Source of the DNA: an uncultured Gemmatimonadales bacterium
GTDB taxonomy: Bacteria; Gemmatimonadota; Gemmatimonadetes; Gemmatimonadales; Gemmatimonadaceae
Direction of reading: 5' to 3'
Assembly (NCBI GenBank): GCA_963793305.1
Contig: CAWBZV010000003.1
Span: forward strand, 1-64,000
DNA: 64,000 nt
Position numbers and translations under genes: made by a program. Positions 1-10,196 of the stretch are shown piece after piece. The notes under the pieces were generated by a model. It was not told the DNA's origin. It searched no databases and saw only the letters and a list, made by a program, of their open reading frames with translations. Every line of letters starts with the position of its first letter. Positions within the stretch are counted from its first letter, which is position 1.

Positions 1-594
1 CCGTGGCGGCCTCCGACGATCCCATGATCGTGCTGGCGCGCGCACTCGACCCGATGCGCCGCGAGCATATCAAGTGGATGCAGGACAACGTCGAGAGCGT
101 GGAGCAGCGGGGCGGCGAGCAGCTCGGCAAGGCGCGCTTCGCGGTCTACGGCAAGACCACTTATCCGGACGCCACGTTCACGCTGCGGCTTTCCTACGGG
201 ACGGTGGAGGGTTATCCGATGAACGGCACCAAGGCGCCGCCCAAGACCACGTTCTACGGGCTCTACGACCGCGCGACCAGCTTCGACTTCAAGCCGCCCT
301 TCTATCTGCCGGCGCGCTACATGCAGAATCGCGATAAGCTGAACATGGCCACGCCGCTCGATTTCGTCACTACCAACGACATTGTCGGCGGCAATTCGGG
401 CTCGCCGGTGATCAATGGGGCGGCGAGATCGTGGGTCTGATTTTCGACGGCAACATCGAATCGCTGGTGGGCGATTTCGTGTACGACGGCGAACGCAACC
501 GCGCCGTGCGGTGGACACCGCCGGCATGACGGAAGCGCTGCGCAAGATCTATCACGCCGATGCGCTGGTCAGCGAACTGCTGGGCGGGAAGTAA
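1..594 (+). CDS. S46 family peptidase (DPP7/DAP-BII-like), C-terminal part
   Basis: YPDATFTLRLSYG and the catalytic TNDIVGGNSGSPV motif; continues via a frameshift to LIFDGNIESL...; stop TAA at 592-594; 5' part lies outside the window. Confidence 0.9.
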
Positions 595-595
595 A

Positions 596-738
596 GTCAG
601 GGGTCAGGGATCGGGGGTCAGGGGTCAGGGATGCAAGAAACCGATCGGTATGATCGCGGCAGGTATGCGTTCCTTGAGGACTTTGATCGCGCTTGCTTAA
701 CGGCCGAAAACCAGAGTCCCTGATCCCTGACCCCTGAT
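596..738. repeat. Inverted heptamer tandem repeats flanking an ~87 bp spacer
   Basis: Five (G/A)TC(A/G)GGG units at 596-630 and three complementary CCCTGA(T/C) units at 718-738. Confidence 0.85.
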
Positions 739-793
739 CCCCCCGCCACAGCGGCGAGACGCTTCGGCTTTCGCCGGGCGCTACAATTTCCGC

Positions 794-1179
794 ATGGCTA
801 CCTCGGATTGATCGAATACGCCGACGCCAGCCCGGAAGTGCGGGCGGTCTATGACGACATCATGGCCACGCGCCAGACGGACTGGATCAACAATTTCTGG
901 AAGGCCCTGGCGCACGACCCGGCGACTCTGCGCCGCACCTGGGAAAGCATCAAGCAGATCATGGCGCCGGGCGCGCTCGACGCCGCTCACCAAGGAGATG
1001 ATCTACTCGCGGTGAGCGCCACCAACCAGTGCCGCTACTGCATCGCGTCCCACACCGCCTCCGCGCGCAAGGCCGGCATGACCGACGCGATGTTCGCCGA
1101 GCTGATGGCGGTGGTGGGCATGGCCAACGAGACCAACCGCCTGGCGAGCGGCTACCAGGTGGAATCGACGAGCGCCTGA
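794..1179 (+). CDS. Carboxymuconolactone decarboxylase/AhpD family protein
   Basis: AVSATNQCRYCIASH CxxC motif; ATG at 794 preceded by TACAAT; small indels near both ends. Confidence 0.85.
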
Positions 1180-1353
1180 AGCCCCGCCCACACCGAAAAC
1201 CGCCGCGCTGGCTGGTGCGGGACGCCCAGGCGCCGGAAACTATCGGCACGGCGGCAGCGCCACCAGCGGAGCGGCTGGACCAGAGCGACGGCTTGATTCC
1301 CCAGGCCTGCGCCTGCTCTGCTTCTCCGCCTGTGGTTTCGGCCCGCGGCGGCC

Positions 1354-2444
1354 ATGGGCGACATCCTCGATCGCGGCAGCCTGCTGTTCGCCAGCCTCGT
1401 CGCCGTCGCCGTCGGCTTCGCGCTGAAGTCGGGCCCGCTGCCGGTCGCGTTCAGCTTCTACATGCCGCTGCTGGTCCTGGCCGTGGTCTACGTCCCCGGC
1501 CTGCTGCTGCTGGGCGCGCTGGTGGCCCGCGTCGGCGCCGCTCGCACGGTCTTCCAGCGCGATTACGCGCCGCTCCTCACCTGCATCGCCATGGCCTGGA
1601 GCGCCGCGCAGATTCCCATCCTCATTGCGCAGTGGATCGCCCCGCTCGGCGTGCTCGAAATCGTGGCCGGGCTGGCGTATCTCTATTTCGCGGTGCTCAT
1701 GTTCTTCGCCGTGCGCACGGTCTTCGGCGCCGGCAACGGCGCGGCGGCCGGCATCGTCTGCCTCTCCTGGATTCCGCGTGGCCGCGGCGTCTTCCTCTGG
1801 GGTCCGCTGTCGTTCCTCTTCCGCCTGCTGGCCTCGCCGTTTTTCCTGTTCTTCGTCATCTATTACCTGGCCAGCGAGTTCGGCAGCCTGGGGCGGGACT
1901 GCGCAGCGGCCAGAACTTCCGCCGCATGCTGGAAGCCGCGGCGATCAATCCGCACGATGGCGACGCGCAGTATCAGCTCGGCCTGATCCACCAGCAGCGC
2001 CGCCAAGTACACCGAAGCCATCCAGCGATTCCAGGCAATGCGGTGGCCATCGACCCGACGCGAGACCGACGCGCATTTCCAGTTGGGCCGCATCGCGCGC
2101 GAGCAGGGCCGCATCGACGACGCGCTGGCGGATTTCAAATCGTCTCACGACAGGACGACAAGCACAGCCTGAGCGAAATCCACCGCGAGCTGGGCGCCGT
2201 CGTACCTGGCGCCGGCCGCACTGCCGAAGCCCGCCGCGAGCTCGAACTCTACACGGACCGCCGCGCTTACGACCCCGAAGGTCTCTATTATTACGGCCAG
2301 GTGCTGGAACGCCTCGGCAATCCGGCCGAGGCACGCGAGATGTACGCCCGCGCCGTGGAAGCCGCCCGCACCGCGCCGCGCTACCGCCGCCACGAGGTAG
2401 CTCGATGGAGCCGCCTGGCGCAGAAGGCGGGGAGCAGGTTGTGA
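1354..2444 (+). CDS. Multi-pass membrane protein with C-terminal TPR repeats (frameshifted)
   Basis: Hydrophobic helices in ORF 1354-1986; TPR-like INPHDGDAQYQLGLIH, ELGAV and DPEGLYYYGQVLERLG in the overlapping frame; true start uncertain. Confidence 0.7.
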
Positions 2445-2519
2445 CAAGGGGGCGGCCTGGTTCAGTTTCGACCTGCCGGGAATTCCCGCCATGCCTCTCA
2501 ACCCGGTACACTAATCCCT

Positions 2520-3740
2520 GTGACCCCGCCATCACCTGCTGCTCGTCGTCCTCTGCTGCCTGTGCCTGGTCCCCGCCTGCCGGCGCGCCCGTAAGGCGCC
2601 GGTGGTCTCCGAGGTCGTCGTCTACGGCGACGCCCACAAGGACCGCATGGTCCGCGGCGTGTTCCCCCGGTGAGGCAAGCTGGCGCTGGACCGCTCCCGT
2701 TTTCGCCTTCTCCCTGGACCTGCCGGCGGCCGGCAAGCCCTTATTCCTGGAACTGGACTTCGCGGTGCCGGAGGAGTGCGAGCCGCCCGTGACCGTGGCC
2801 GCCAGGATCAACGGAACCGAGGTGGCACGCCAAGCCTACACCGCTCCCGGCCGCGCACTGCTGGCGTGTCCGGTGCCGGCGTCCGCCCTGGCGCGCCGTC
2901 CGGCCCTGGTGGAATTCTCCGTGGACAAGACCTATACGGACCCTGCCACCGCGCGCGTCCAAGGAGTCCTGGTGTTCTCGGCGGCACTGAGGGAATACGG
3001 GCAGACCACCGCCGCCCGCGAAATCGCGATGGCCCAATCGCGCCAGGCTTACGAACACGTGCTGAAGCAGCGCGACCTCCAGATCCCGGTCGAGAAGCAG
3101 CGCGAGCTGATGAAGCTGTTCCACTCCCTGCCCATTTGGGACAGCATGTGGTTTCAGAACGTCCGCATCATCAAGAACCCGCTGGACCTTTGGATGCTGC
3201 AGCAGATCGCCTACGAGTCCGGCCGGACTTCGTGATTGAGACCGGGACCTGGTATGGCGGCTCGGCGCTCTGGTGGGCCCACACCTTAAATGGCATGGGC
3301 CTCGAAAACGCCCGCGTTCTGACCGTGGACATTCAGGATCTTACAGGGCAGGGGGCTTCCGCCAATCCGCTCTGGAAGAAGTATATCGAGTTCTCACTCG
3401 GCAGTTCCACCGATCCCGCCATCGTGGCGAAATTCGCCGAGCGGGTGAAGAATTCGCGGACCATCGTCAATCTGGACTCGGACCATTCCATGCATCACGT
3501 GCTGAACGAATTGCGAGCTTATGCGCCGATGGTGAGCCCGGGCAGTTACATCGCGGTGGAGGACACGCACCTGGACGGCGTGCCCACGCATCCGGAGCAA
3601 GGTCCCGGGCCGATGGCCGCGGTGCGCCAGTTTCTGGCGGAGAATCACGACTTCGAGCAGGATTTCAGCCGGGAAGCCATGGTGATGACGTCCTACCCCG
3701 GCGGCTGGCTGCGCAGAGCGGTAGCCACGAAGTCTCTTGA
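2520..3740 (+). CDS. CmcI family (cephalosporin hydroxylase/rhamnosyl O-methyltransferase-like) protein with exported N-terminal domain
   Basis: KNPLDLWMLQQI, PDFVIETGTWYGGSAL, LDSDH, YIAVEDT and GPMAAVRQFL motifs; frameshift near 3218; ends approximate. Confidence 0.8.
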
Positions 3741-3783
3741 CCTCTGTCGATTCTTGCGCGTCAGGGGTGTCGATCCGTCAGTT

Positions 3784-3846
3784 CGGGCCGGATGTATCCG
3801 GCCCCTACAATGCCGGAACCCGTAGGGGCCGGATACATCCGGCCCG
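3784..3846. repeat. GTAG-type REP pair (REPIN-like)
   Basis: GTAGGGGCCGGATACATCCGGCCCG at 3822-3846 and its exact reverse complement at 3784-3808, between convergent genes. Confidence 0.85.
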
Positions 3847-3854
3847 CCTGCTTG

Positions 3855-4960
3855 TCAGGCGGCTTGTAGCCGCAGCGGGGGTGGACCAGGCCGGCGACTT
3901 CCGGCTGGGGGCGGGGCACGCCGCCCCACACGCCCGGGAATGGCAGTGCCGCAAGCGGGGCCGGCCCTCCGCGGTGATGCGGTTGCGCAGCACGCGGAAT
4001 CCGCGGCGCTCGACGGCCGCCCCGCCGCACCCGGGCAGCGCGTATCTTCCAGCCGGTTCTGCCGGGCAGATTGCCCGCATAGACATATCGCAGGCCCCGC
4101 GCCCATGGCCGCGGCGCGAATCAGGGTCGCGGCCGGCGTGTTTTCCGGCCCCGCCATCTTGTAGTCCTGGTGAAAGGCCGTGACGTGCCACGGAATATCG
4201 CGGGAGATGCCGGCCAGGAATTCGGCGATTCGGCGCAGTTCCGCGTCGGAATCGTTGAAGCCGGGAACCACCAGCGTCACCACTTCCAGCCAGAAACCCA
4301 TCTGGTGAATGCGGCGCGATGGAATCGAGAATCGGCGCGATGCGCCCGCCCAGCTCGTGATAGCGGCGGTCGTCGAAGCTCTTGAGATCGACCTTGTAAA
4401 GGTCCACCCACGGGCGGATGTACTCCAGCACTTCCGGCGTGGCGTTGCCGTTGGAGACGAAAGCCGGTGGTCAGGCCGGCGGCCTTGGCCTCGCGGAAGA
4501 CCGCCACCGCCCATTCGGCGGTGATCAGCGGCTCGTTGTAGGTGCTCACCAGGCTGGAGCGCCCTGCGCGCAGCGCCAGCTTCACCAGTTCCTGCGGCGT
4601 GGCCGGCGCGAAATCCAGAGTCGAGCGGAAATCGCGCAGCGCCTGCGAGGAGACCCAGTTCTGGCAGTAGCCGCAGTGCAGGTCGCAGCCCAGCATACCG
4701 AAGCTCAGCGCGCGCGTGCCCGGCAGCGCGTGGAAGAAAGGCTTCTTTTCGATGGGGTCGGAATAGGCCGCGTTCACGTAGCCGTAGGGCGCGTACAGCT
4801 TGCCGTCGCGATTGAAGCGGACCTTGCAGACGCCCGCGAAACCCGGCCGGATGGGGCAGCGATGGCCGCAGGCGAAGCACTCCACGCGGTTGCGGTCGAG
4901 CGGCCGGTACAGTTCGGCTTCGCGGGTCTCGCGGGCGAGGTGTTCGGCCAGCGTTGGCAT
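3855..4960 (-). CDS. amrS: AmmeMemoRadiSam system radical SAM enzyme (frameshifted)
   Basis: CFACGHRC, DPIEKKPFFH, GCDLHCGYCQNW (CxxxCxxC), TYNEP, VDLKSF, LEVVTLVVPGFND and PWHVTAFH across three frames. Confidence 0.9.
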
Positions 4961-4996
4961 CGAACTATTAATACTATTCTAACGAGGTCTCACATC

Positions 4997-5063
4997 TTTG
5001 ACGCAGAGACGCGGAGAAAAGAAGCAATGAAGTATCTCAGCGCCTCCGCGCCTCTGTGTCAAA
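4997..5063. repeat. Intergenic inverted repeat/hairpin
   Basis: TTTGACGCAGAGACGCGGAG (4997-5016) pairs with CTCCGCGCCTCTGTGTCAAA (5044-5063), 18 of 20 complementary; sits just downstream of the spt-like gene. Confidence 0.75.
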
Positions 5064-5077
5064 TCCGCAGGTTGACT

Positions 5078-6320
5078 CTAGCGCTCGATTTCCAGGTCCC
5101 GCGCCACGCGCACCAGCGTGGTCACCAGCCCGGTCCACGTGGCTTTCGGTATGCGCGGCGGTGCAGGAGATGCGCAGCAGATTCTGCGCCGCGGCCGGCT
5201 TCAGCACCGGGTTGATGTAGATGCCTTCGTCCAGAAGCGCCTTGCACAGGCGGCACAGATCCACTTCGTCCTGGATCACCACCGGCACGATCGCCGTCTC
5301 GCCCGTCCAGCACCGAAAAGCCGCGCGCGCGCAGCTCCTCGCGCAGCAGCTGCGCGATCCGCAGCAGCCGCAGGCGCCGCTCCGGCTCCTTCTTGATGAT
5401 CTCCAGCGCCGCCCCCACCGCCGCCACCGACGCCGCCGGCAGGCTCGCCGAAAACACGAACGGCCGCGCCGTGTGCTTCAGATAATCCACCACCTCGCGC
5501 TCGCCCGCGATGAACCCGCCCACCGACGCCAGCGCCTTGCTGAACGTGCCCATCACGATGTCCACTTCGTCCAGCACGCCCAGGTGCTCCGCCGCGCCCG
5601 CTCCGGTCCGCCCCAGCACGCCCAGCCCGTGCGCTTCGTCCACGTAGATGCGCGCGCCGTAGGGCTTGGCCAGGTGCACCAGCCCGCGCATGTCGGCCAG
5701 ATCGCCTTCCATGCTGAACACGCCTTCGGAGACCACCAGGATCTTCTCGTCCGGCGCGCAGTTGTTCAGGCACCGCTCGAAATGATCCAGATCGTTATGC
5801 CGGAAGCGCATCACCCGCGCCGGCGACCGCAACGCGCCTTCCACCAGGCTGGCGTGCAGGTTGTGATCGCAGATCATCACGTCGCCCTTTTCGGTTAGCG
5901 CCGAAAGCGTCGCGTAGTTGGCCTGAAACCCGGTGCCGAAGATCATGGCGGCTTCCTTGCGCACGAAGGCGGCCAGCTCGGCTTCCAGCTTCACGTGCAG
6001 ATCCAGCGTGCCGTTCAGCAGGCGCGAGCCGCTGCATCCGCTGCCGTACTTCCGGATCGCCTGCAGCGGCGGCTTCCTTGACCTTGCGGGTGCGTGATCA
6101 GGTCCAGGTAATCGTTGGACCCGAACATCAGCACCTTCGACGCGCCCAGCCGCACTTCGCCCGGCTCGCAGCCTTCGCGGTCGCCGAAGGTCTCGAAGTA
6201 CATGTACAGCCCGGCTTCCTGCAGCTCGCCGGGCGAGTGAACGTGCGGCATTTCTCGAAAATGTCGTTCGCTCCGCTGCTCTTCTTTTTCCGGGTGCTGT
6301 CGCTAGTCGGGTGCGCGCAT
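5078..6320 (-). CDS. spt: Serine palmitoyltransferase-like alpha-oxoamine synthase (PLP-dependent; frameshifted)
   Basis: N-terminal DIFEKC, FGSNDYL, GSRLLNGTL, HASLVEG, EGVFSMEGD, DEAH and GTFSK (PLP lysine); context next to bCerS-like and CerR-like genes favours SPT over BioF/Kbl. Confidence 0.75.
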
Positions 6321-6322
6321 GT

Positions 6323-7433
6323 TCAGTGCCATTCGTAGATTCGATAGGTCTTGTAGTGTCTTGCGCCCATCACTTCCAGGGAGCGTGTCATCAGAACGTT
6401 ATCTTCCAGGATCCACGACATTTCACAGTCGCCGCGTATCCCAACTTCCTGGCAGTCCGCACGAGCGTGGCATAGAAGGCAGCCGCCACACCGGAGGTTC
6501 GATACTCCTCCACCACCCCAAGAGCAAGAACACGCAGACTTTTGATCAAACGTTGATAATACAGAATTTTGAGCAGGCCCGTCGGGAAGAAGCTGCCGCC
6601 TCGCCGGCTTGAGCGCGAAATTGACGTCGGGCAAGGCCAGTGCGAACCCACATCGGCTCCCGCCCACTTCGCCCACCAGCACCAGCTCCGGCTTGAGAAT
6701 CTGCTTCATCTCCTTGCCCATCAGGAAGAACTCTTCGCGAGTCATGGGCACAAATCCCCAGTTGCGCTCCCACGCCGAGTTGTACACATCCCAGATCCGC
6801 CCCACTTCGCCGTCGAAATCCTTCATGTTGATGGGCCGGACCGTGACCCCGCTCTGGCGAGCTTGCGGTCCGCCACGCGCCCGATCTTCTCCAGCTCGAC
6901 TTCCGCCGCGTCTTGACGTAAGCGTAGAGATCCTTGACCTTGCGCAGCCCCGCCTTTTCCATCAACGCCGGGTAATAGCGCGGGTTGTAGGTCATCATGA
7001 CCATGGGATTGGAATCGAAGCCGTCGACCAGCATGCCGCATTCGTAGTTGGTGGAGGGGTTCACCGGCCCCCGCAGGAACTGCGCCGCGGTCGAATACCC
7101 ACTTTCGCGCGGCGCCAGCAGAGCGTCCGCCACCTCCTGGTCGTTCATCGATTCGAAGAATCCGAAGAACCCGGCGTTCTCCTCGTGAAACTTGTTGTGT
7201 GCGGTCGAGGATAGCGGCGATCCGGCCCACCACGCGGCCATCGCGCCGCGCCAGGAAGAACTCGGCCTCGGCGTTGGCGTAGAACGGATGCTTGGCCCGG
7301 TCCAGCAGTTCCTTGACCGCGATCCGCAACGGAGGCACCCAAAAGGGGTCGCCGCGGTACAGCGAATAGGGAAATTCAACAAACTCTTTCAACGGCTGCT
7401 TGTCCATCGGCCGTGACGACCTCAAGCTCCCAC
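6323..7433 (-). CDS. GNAT-fold N-acyltransferase, bacterial ceramide synthase (bCerS)-like (frameshifted)
   Basis: WVPPL, HPFY, GRIAA, GFFGFFES, GPVNPSTNYECGMLVDGFD, MMTYNPRYY, YNSAWERNWGFVP, EMSWILEDN and KTYRIY motifs; GGAGG SD before GTG 7433. Confidence 0.75.
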
Positions 7434-8318
7434 CGCGACTCCTCCCTTGGACAGCTTCCGGTACATCACGGGGCCCGACACAATCAGAGCCGGCGCCAGG
7501 ACGGCTCCCGCCAGACAGATCAACCGTGTAGTGGTATCGAAGATAAACTGTAGCAAAAATGATGAACGGAGTGTACGCCAAATAGACCCGGAACAACCGC
7601 TTCGAGACCATGCGGCTGCTCCACCAGGCCAGGATCGTGAGCTCGGTGTGGCCGCTCGGAAAGCAATCGTAATGGACTGATTCGAGCCGATCAAGCGCGT
7701 CCTGCATGCTGTCGAAACACCCACAAGTCCTTGCAACGGCAAATGCTGTAAGTGATCCAGCAAGAAGCGGGGCCCGCGCGCGGGCACAAGCAGGTAGCCG
7801 ATATAAGACACCAGAAAGCCCGAGCGCGATCAGGAAAGCATAATACCGAAAGTCCGGAAGCGCCGTTTCCGCCACAGCAGCCCGGGGACCAGCAGGACCG
7901 CCGGAACAAACAGAGTATAGACAAGTTGCAGAAATTCCGTGAGCGCCGGCGTTTGGATGCGCTCCAGCCAGACGGTCGGATTCGCATGCCAGATCGAAAA
8001 GTCGAGATCCGCCAGCCATTGGTCGGCGGCCGCGCCTCGGACCGCTGGAATCAGGATCGCCATCTCCTTATAGCAGGAAGCCACTAGGGAAGCGGATACC
8101 AATGGCGGAAGAACCAGCTGGTGGGATTCGGCCGCTTGACGTCGACCAGCAGGATGGCGATGGCGGCCACGTGCAAGGCCAGCAGCATCCCGGCGCCGGG
8201 AACCGGTTCCACCACCCCACGACCAGAGCACCGTGCTGCAGCGAGGTAAGCGAGGATCGATTTGTCGACCGCCCAAAAGCTCGCGTGACCCGAATCCGGG
8301 CTTCAATACTTCAGCCAA
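7422..8318 (-). CDS. PAP2-superfamily membrane protein, Aur1/IPC-synthase-like (PAP2_3) (frameshifted)
   Basis: DQWLADLD, EFLQLVY, YIGYLLVPARGPR, DCFPSGHT and FATVYLRYHYTVDL motifs; overlaps both neighbours. Confidence 0.8.
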
Positions 8319-9255
8319 CCCGCCTCCTTGTACCAGGCGAGCGTTTGGCCAACGCCAGGCTCCAGGGCGGTGTCTGCGCTTGAAGCCGAGCTCGGCGCCG
8401 CGCGGCGCGTATCGCAGGTCCAGCGCCGGCAGTGGGCTTCCTTCACTTTCTCGCGCGAGATGATCCCCGGCTTCCCGGTGAGTCGCGACCAGACTTCGGC
8501 GACGCCGCCTACGGCGTACGCAAGCGGCGCAGGAATGCGTAGGCGGCTCGGGCGCTCGCCGCATGACGCGCGCGCGCCGCGGCACTCAGCTCGCTCCAGG
8601 AGACCGCCTTCGCGTGGTCAGGAAGTACGTGCGGCCGGCGGCGCGGGGATGCGAGCGCCGCCAGCAACCCTTCGGCCAGATCCTCCACATAGATCGCCTG
8701 AACCAGCGCTCGCCGCCCGCGATCTCGAGCGACAAAGCCGCGGGCTACGGATCGGAACATTTCCAGCACCCCGGTGTCGCGCGGCCCATAGACGACGGGC
8801 GGCCGCACGATCACCGCGTCCGGAACCAGCGCTCGCACCACCTGCTCCGCCTTCAGCTTCGATCTTCCGTAGTGCGAGACGGGGCGCGGCGGCGCATCTT
8901 CGTCGATGGGCGCGGCATCGGGGCTGGGACCGGCGGCGGCGAGCGAGCTGACGTGCACGAAGCGGATACCGCGGCCGGCGGCGGCGCGGGCGAGGGTTTC
9001 CGTGGCGCGCGCGTTGCCGGCGAGTAATCCGCGGGTCGCAGCGCCTTGGTGACGCCGGCCAGGTGGATGACGGTGTCGACACCGCGCAGGGCCGCGGCGA
9101 CGCCGTCGCCGGTGACGAGATCCGCCTGGACGAATTCGGCGCGCACGTGGCGGGGCCTGCCCGGGCGTCACGTCGGGGATCACCGCAACGGGCCCGGACA
9201 CGCGTTCGAGCAGATGGCTGCCGATGAAACCGGTGGCGCCGGTGACCAGGAGCAT
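8303..9255 (-). CDS. NAD-dependent epimerase/dehydratase (extended SDR), ceramide reductase CerR-like (frameshifted)
   Basis: VTGATGFIGSHL, HLAGVTK, HVSSLAAAGP, YGRSK (YxxxK) and RPPVVYGPRD; ends WYKEAGWLKY*. Confidence 0.75.
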
Positions 9256-9264
9256 TCTTCCAAT

Positions 9265-9888
9265 TTAGTTGGAGGCGCTGCGGAATGCGACTTCGCCGAA
9301 GAAACTCTCGGCCATGCTGCCGGTGTGCTGCGAATTGATTTGCAGGCGGAGGCCCTTGACGTGGGGCGCGGGCTTTGCCGAAGGCGCGCTCGTAATCGGC
9401 GGCCGACGTTGTGGGATTCCTGGAGCCAGCGGTCGGCCTGCGCCGTTGCCCGATTCGCACACCACGGCGTAAATATGCACCAGCGGAATATTGCTGGCGT
9501 TCTGCATGGTGCCTTTGGGCGCGCTGCTGTCCCAGATGTAGCTGAGGACGCGGCGGTCGGCGAAGGCCACCAGCACCTGCGCGGCCTGGTCATCCGTCGA
9601 GGCGTTGCGGAAATCGCCGCCGGGCGGCAGCCTGGTCACCTTCCAGGTCCAGGAAAGATAGGGCGTGGCGGTGGGATCGACATCCACGGCGCGCTCCAGC
9701 GAGAAGGACGATTTGTCGCTCTTCAGGTGGATGCACGGCTGATCCCGCTGGCTGCACACGGAGATATCCGGCTTGCCATGATTGGCCCGGATCTGCCAAT
9801 CGGAAGAAAGGTGGCCGGCATCCAGGTTGGCCGCGCTCAGAAGCATTACCGCCAACTGGGGAGGTACGGGCCTGGTGAGCGAGCACAA
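9265..9888 (-). CDS. DUF3047 domain exported protein
   Basis: TPYLSWTWKVTRLP, DDQAAQVLVAF and LSYIWD motifs; signal-like N-terminus (true start probably ~9915); frameshifted. Confidence 0.7.
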   Translation of the reverse strand: MCSLTRPVPPQLAVMLLSAANLDAGHLSSDWQIRANHGKPDISVCSQRDQPCIHLKSDKSSFSLERAVDVDPTATPYLSWTWKVTRLPPGGDFRNASTDDQAAQVLVAFADRRVLSYIWDSSAPKGTMQNASNIPLVHIYAVVCESGNGAGRPLAPGIPQRRPPITSAPSAKPAPHVKGLRLQINSQHTGSMAESFFGEVAFRSASN

Positions 9889-10082
9889 CGATAGCGCACA
9901 GGAGTAGAAACTTTTTCAAAAAACCTCTCGGGTGGCGCGAAGCCCTAGTCTTTACTATCGCATGATTGCGCACGTTTTGCCATAGAGTCTTGCGCATCGG
10001 CGATCCGTTTTCAGCCCGGAAGGCGCCGGCTGGCAACGGAGCAGCCGGGGTACCAGAGAGGTTGAAATTACGGAGCCATTTT

Positions 10083-10140
10083 GGGCCGGATGTATCCGGC
10101 CCCTACGGCTGGTGTAGAGGCCGGGCGTGTCCGCGGCCCG
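10083..10140. repeat. GTAG-type REP pair (one intact, one degenerate)
   Basis: GGGCCGGATGTATCCGGCCCCTAC at 10083-10106 and GTAGAGGCCGGGCGTGTCCGCGGCCCG at 10114-10140. Confidence 0.8.
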
Positions 10141-10196
10141 CGCCTGACCGGTGCCGCGTCTTCTACATGAGCCCATCCGCGCCTAAGTCGCGGCCG

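Noticed and set aside
1180..1350. Possible small gene or extra junction before the TPR membrane protein
   Set aside because: No convincing ORF or start codon, and local sequence quality is too poor to interpret.
5078..6320. Call as bioF or kbl
   Set aside because: No bio or tdh genes are adjacent and the neighbours match bCerS and CerR families. Not fully excluded without a phylogeny.
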